From contig CDRNST010000010.1 of the NCBI GenBank assembly GCA_977016875.1, positions 372,001 through 436,000 on the forward strand: a stretch of 64,000 bases of DNA, in the 5' to 3' direction. Below the pieces are notes generated by a model that was not told the DNA's origin, did no database searches, and saw only the letters and a list, made by a program, of their open reading frames with translations. Positions 59,428 through 64,000 of the stretch are shown in pieces (positions within the stretch are counted from its first letter, which is position 1; every line of letters starts with the position of its first letter). The position numbers and the translations under genes are program-made. This DNA comes from Pavona decussata. Lineage: Eukaryota.

Positions 59428-60427
59428 AAAAACAACTACAAAAGCAAAACGAACATTTTTTATACAGTTACAAAACATTAATCAGTGGGAATTGGCATTT
59501 TTTTACAGATTTTCCTTCAGGTTTTCAACATTTAGGTGGGTGACCCCACCCCCACTTCCGACCCTCGCCTTAATGTACTACAGGTGATGACAAAAAACGA
59601 CTGTATGATAAATAGCGATGAGAGTGTCGAATTGGTGGTAAGTTGTTTTTCGCTCAGAGACAAATTGCCTCCTACAATGAAATGCTTTTCTTATTTTATT
59701 TTTCGGGAGTCAATTTAATGACCGACAAAAAAAATTGTAGCAGTTGGAAGTCTTAGAAAAGTAGTCGGAAATCAATTTTATTACAATTCATATTTATATT
59801 TGCTTCAGTAAATTAGTCAATAGCAAACATTACACTGAAATGCTTTTATTGTTTCCAAGCCTACACTTATGGATGACCTTTACGAACGCTTGACAAAATA
59901 ATGCATCTAATGCATTTAATTCTCGTTTTTGAAATCATCTACGTGTAGTAAGCACTGTTATGTTTTGAAATAAATATGTTCTAAATATTATAAATATAAA
60001 TATGTAAATACTTTCAAAAATATGTGAAACACTTTTAGCTATGACCAAATAACAGGGCCCTCCACTGTGTCCAAATAGGGGATTGATCATTGTTGCATCC
60101 TTTCTGAGAATCAAATTTTTTATGGTAATGTAGGGATATATTCAAGTATAAATTGCAGTGTAAATGCAGCGTCACGACCCGCACGACCTTTGTCATCATG
60201 GAAGCCTTTAACAAGCACTGCATAATAATCTTATTACAAAAATGTGTTGCCACAACATTTTTACCTTCCCAATAGCCCAAAATGCAAAATGCCGGTGAAA
60301 CGTTGGGACGAATATCAACATGATGATCATTATGCCTTCTTTAAACTGTTACTGAGGAACTTGCAGTTCAAAGGTTATTAAAGTAAACCCCTTTCTAAAC
60401 GTGGCTTTTGAACGTCTTTGCTTAACA

Positions 60428-60572
60428 ATGGTAATTGAACTGAGTGGAGTGCAATTTGGTCTGAAATCATACTCGTGATTTCAAAATCGAATGAGCGCGC
60501 AGCGCAAGTTCGATTTGAAATCACAAGCATGATTTCAGACCAAAATTGCACGACACAAAGTTCAATTACCAC
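60428..60572. repeat. Long hairpin (foldback) repeat
   Basis: TGGTAATTGAACT..GTGCAATTTGGTCTGAAATCAT..GTGATTTCAAA mirrored by TTTGAAATCAC..ATGATTTCAGACCAAAATTGCAC..AGTTCAATTACCA. Confidence 0.85.
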
Positions 60573-60777
60573 TTTATTACACCTATTTTGAAATCACAGA
60601 GTTTTATTGTCAATATTACTATTCTATTTTTGTTACTTCATTTCCATTTTGATGGGCTAAAGAAAGGATGCGATTTAGATAAAAAAAAAAGTGCCATTTA
60701 GGAATAAATCGCACTGTAGAGTGCCAATCAGATTGCAAGGATCACCATTGATTTCAAAATGGGTGTAATAAAGCACT

Positions 60778-62275
60778 TTACCGTGCATTAACGTACTTTC
60801 TGAGGTCGGAATTAATGCCATTAATACCCTTTTGTACCTCTTCAGGGGTAAAAAAAGCAGATAGATAGGTCTTAATAGTCCAAACTCTTGTCTTGTCCAG
60901 TGGTTCCTTCTCTTTTCCCCCATAAACGTTTCTGTTGATGAGCTCCTCCTCCTTGAACAACTTTTTTGATAGAGCTATAGCAAATGCCCCAGGGCTCTTA
61001 CACTTCTGGCGCATTGCAAAAAGAGTGCTATAGTCTAAAGTTTGTTCAGTTGTGGGGTACGTTGTCGTGTTCTGTCTTGTTTCGTTTGTAGTAGTTGATA
61101 AACTTATAAGTAGTTTAGTGTTTGTGTTCCACGGTCTGTAAAATGCAGTTTGTAATTTTGTGGCATAGTTGTCATTAGCTTTAGTTGCAGTAATCTGTTC
61201 AGTTTTGTTTGTCATAGTTGGTAAACTTGTAAGTAATTCAGTGTTTGTGTTCCACGGTCTGTAAAATGCAGTTTGTAAATGTGTCGCGTAGTTGTCATTG
61301 GGTTTGGTTGCAGTGTTATGTCCAGTTTTGTTTGTAGTAGTTGGTAAACTTGTAAGTAGTTCAGTGTTTGTGTTCCACGGTTTGTAAAATGCAGTTTGTA
61401 AATTTGTCGCGTAGTTGTCATTGGGTTTGGTTGCAGTGTTCTGTCCAGTTTCGTTTGTAGTAGTTGGTAAACGTGTAAGTAGTTCAGTGTTTGTGTTCAA
61501 CGGTTTGTAAAATGCAGTTTGTAAATTTGTCATGTGGTTGTGGAAGCTGAAATCGAGAAGATGAGAGATCACTTAGATGCTTCGAAATATCTGAAAGAAT
61601 AGTATTTGTTAAAAATAAATTACCAGAAATAAGAGGCGAATGATTTATTATTTCCTGTAAATTTCTGCCGGCCACGGGCTCTTCTACAGTTGTTCCTTCT
61701 ACGGTCTCTTCTACAGTTGTTCCTTCTACCGTCTCTTCTACAGTTCTTCCTTTGACCATCTCCTTGGTAAGCGCTTGTGCTTTTTCTATTGGATATTTAA
61801 TCCTAGCATGTTTGACTTCCGCGTAGTCATCTATCAAATATAAAAAAAAATAATGTATAAAATTCGGAAAATGGACTGTAATACAATAAATCGAATTTTA
61901 CCTTTTTGGTAGGTAGACACATTTTAGAGAGGGGAAACAAGATGCCCGTAAAAATCAACTGAACAATGAAAGAAATATCATCAAATCCCATCCCCAAGCC
62001 TGCCACCCACCTTACACACCCACATCGCTCAATATGCTCAAACTGTGTCTTCACTAACAATCTTAGTATGACGATCAGTAGTTGAGCTACTTACCTGTAA
62101 GGAGCAAAATCTTGGTGGGGACAACATCTCGGTCCTCTGTTTCATATTGGACGGTTGCCCTAATGTTCAAACTGCCGCTCACAATTTGTTTAGTGCTTGA
62201 GGCGCCTATTCAATCTTCCTTTTCGAAAAAGTATAATGCGTATTTTATTCTTTTTAAAGCTCTTCGGAGGCTCAT
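60778..62275 (-). pseudogene. Spliced BEN-domain protein gene with tandem repeats (one stop, one frameshift)
   Basis: Exon 62275-62095 (AG|GTAAGT) joins in phase 1 to an exon from 61830. C-terminus SPGAFAIALSKKLFKEEELINRNVYG..KEPLDKTRV.TIK is BEN-like. Confidence 0.6.
61062..61530. repeat. 123-bp coding tandem repeat, ~3.8 copies
   Basis: TGTAAAATGCAGTTTGTAA at 61137, 61260, 61383 and 61506; encodes a 41-aa Thr/Asn-rich unit. Confidence 0.9.
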
Positions 62276-62576
62276 CTGAAAAGAGAAATGGAAGTAAAAA
62301 CTCAATGGGCAATATTATTTTTCATGCTCTCAAAAATTGTCTATTATTATCTCAGACGGATTTCCGGTTTTGCGGCGTGATGTAACAGTAGCCGGAAACT
62401 GTTCCGCGGATCGCTGGCCATCCGGGAAGCTGGCGTCAACTCTCTTCAGTTTGACTATGTGTGATCGCCATGTGCGCGATTGATTAGTTGCATCGAGTCA
62501 AGGACACAGAGAGGAAAGGGGAAAGCAAACCTTTTGGGAGAGCCAAACGATGGCAGTATGTTAATCGCAATCAAAA

Positions 62577-62935
62577 GTGGAGCAGAATGCTTACTCACCA
62601 CATGGTGATCCCATGTGTATATATGGGGATCCCGCGTATCCCCTTCCTGTACACTTGCAAGCCCCATTTAGAAATGCTCCCCTTACTGCAGAGATGGAGG
62701 ATTTCAACAAATCAATGTCCTCAGTACGTTCATCTGTTGAGTGGATTTTTGGAGACATTGTCAGTTCTTTTAAATTCCTAGACTTAAAAAAAATCTTAAA
62801 CTTGGGTTGAGCACAATTGGTAAACTTTATATCATGAGCGCTTTAATGAGAAATGCCTTAACATGTTTATATGGAAACAACACATCTACTTTTTTTAATG
62901 TTGACCCACCTTCCTTGGGAGAGTATTTCGCTTAA
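62577..62935 (+). pseudogene. Harbinger (DDE_Tnp_4) transposase C-terminal fragment
   Basis: IYGDPAYP..HLQAPF, FNKSMSSVRSSVEWIFG, then a frameshift to NALTCLYGNNTSTFFNVDPPSLGEYFA*. Confidence 0.85.
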
Positions 62936-63065
62936 GGACGGTGCCTACTTTTGTTACTGTGCATCTCAAGATACTCAGGTGTTCCTATGGATAATGCCTT
63001 CTAATACAGGAATATTTTTGCGCAGTTCAAAACCATGCGGAGAAAGCAGAAATTAGGAAGTGCTT

Positions 63066-63098
<33 letters not shown>

Positions 63099-63260
63099 AC
63101 ATTTTTCAATTTGGAAAAAAAAAACACCCCGCATTGCTTTGTATTTTACTGCTTTTTAGAACAATTTTCATTTTGGATTTCAATAGCCCTTGCTAAGATC
63201 TGCTTTTTCCACATGGTCATAAACCGCGCAAAAATACTTCGGTATTAGTAGGTACCACCC
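62936..63260. mobile_element. Kolobok-type MITE (TTAA TSD)
   Basis: TTAA at 62932-62935 and 63261-63264. TIR GGACGGTGCCTACT / AGTAGGTACCACCC. A partial relative lies at ~9340-9510. Confidence 0.75.
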
Positions 63261-64000
63261 TTAAAAGTCAACAGTAAATGTGAGTTAGTTAGGTATCTCG
63301 ACACAGTTTCCGCGTGCTCTACGATTTGCACTGCTGACGTGAGTTAATGTGTGCAAAAATGGCTTTGAGAAAACAAATATGGTTCCTATACAGTGATCAT
63401 TTTTATTTTGTCAAGTGAAGATTGTGCAAGTATAATATTCCATCTTAGCAATCAGTTTGTTATGTGGGAAAATGTTGGTTTTTGAATTTTGAATAATTTA
63501 TTTTTTACTGTTCTTCCATTGTTAACAGCCCATTGTTGTGCTTTCATCTCGTAATCAATATAAATTTCACTGCTCCTAACCAAAACTCCCTGTTTTCCTT
63601 TTACACACCAAAATTGTGATGACAATAATTATTGTAGTTATTTCAACAACTACATCACCCCTAATCACTTACTTCTTTCAAAACGGCCCCCTCTGTATCT
63701 TCCACGTTCTGGCTGCAGCCTCCCACCACCACGTTCCAAACGTGGCAGTGAGGGCTACTCCTCTTCTTCTTCTTCATCATCTTCTTCGTATTTCCAAAAA
63801 AAAAAAAAAATAATTCAAGAAACAACTCACAGTTACAAGAATAATAATCAAAATGTGTATTTCAGCTTCTTGAGAAATTATGTTAAAAAAATAGTCAATT
63901 TTTAGTGCTGAAGTAAGATCTTTTATTTACTGTAATCCTGCATAATTGGCTTTTCTTAAACATAATACAACAAACAAAAGTTACAAAAGAAAACTTTTGC

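Noticed and set aside
61934-61948. AACAAGATGCCCG as the matching end of a large element starting at the HINE-like copy 2
   Set aside because: Only a 13-nt match, lying inside the BEN intron, with no further similarity or TSD seen.

Overview
Eukaryotic (animal) genomic DNA, most likely a scleractinian coral; this is inferred from the repeat families, not proven. Positions 1-7.3 kb hold the last four coding exons of a PRRC2/BAT2-family gene on the + strand. The remaining ~56 kb is a dense, nested transposon graveyard. It contains: three DIRS-type (tyrosine-recombinase) retrotransposon remnants; two BEL/Pao LTR elements (27698-39003 and 40012-47878) and one Mag-like Gypsy element (48152-53859), each with paired LTRs and a 5-bp TSD and each inserted into a DIRS remnant; Penelope, Harbinger, pogo, Tc1-like, Crypton-like and Helitron-like fragments; several MITEs with recognisable TIR/TSD; tRNA-derived repeats; and a decayed hammerhead (retrozyme) motif. 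Most notable: (1) the young Gypsy element has symmetric non-canonical TT...AA LTR ends instead of TG...CA at all four termini, with a perfect TSD; (2) nearly all TE coding remnants from 16 to 62 kb face the minus strand, downstream of the + strand gene, which resembles a uni-strand piRNA cluster. All family assignments come from motif recognition by eye; no database search was run.
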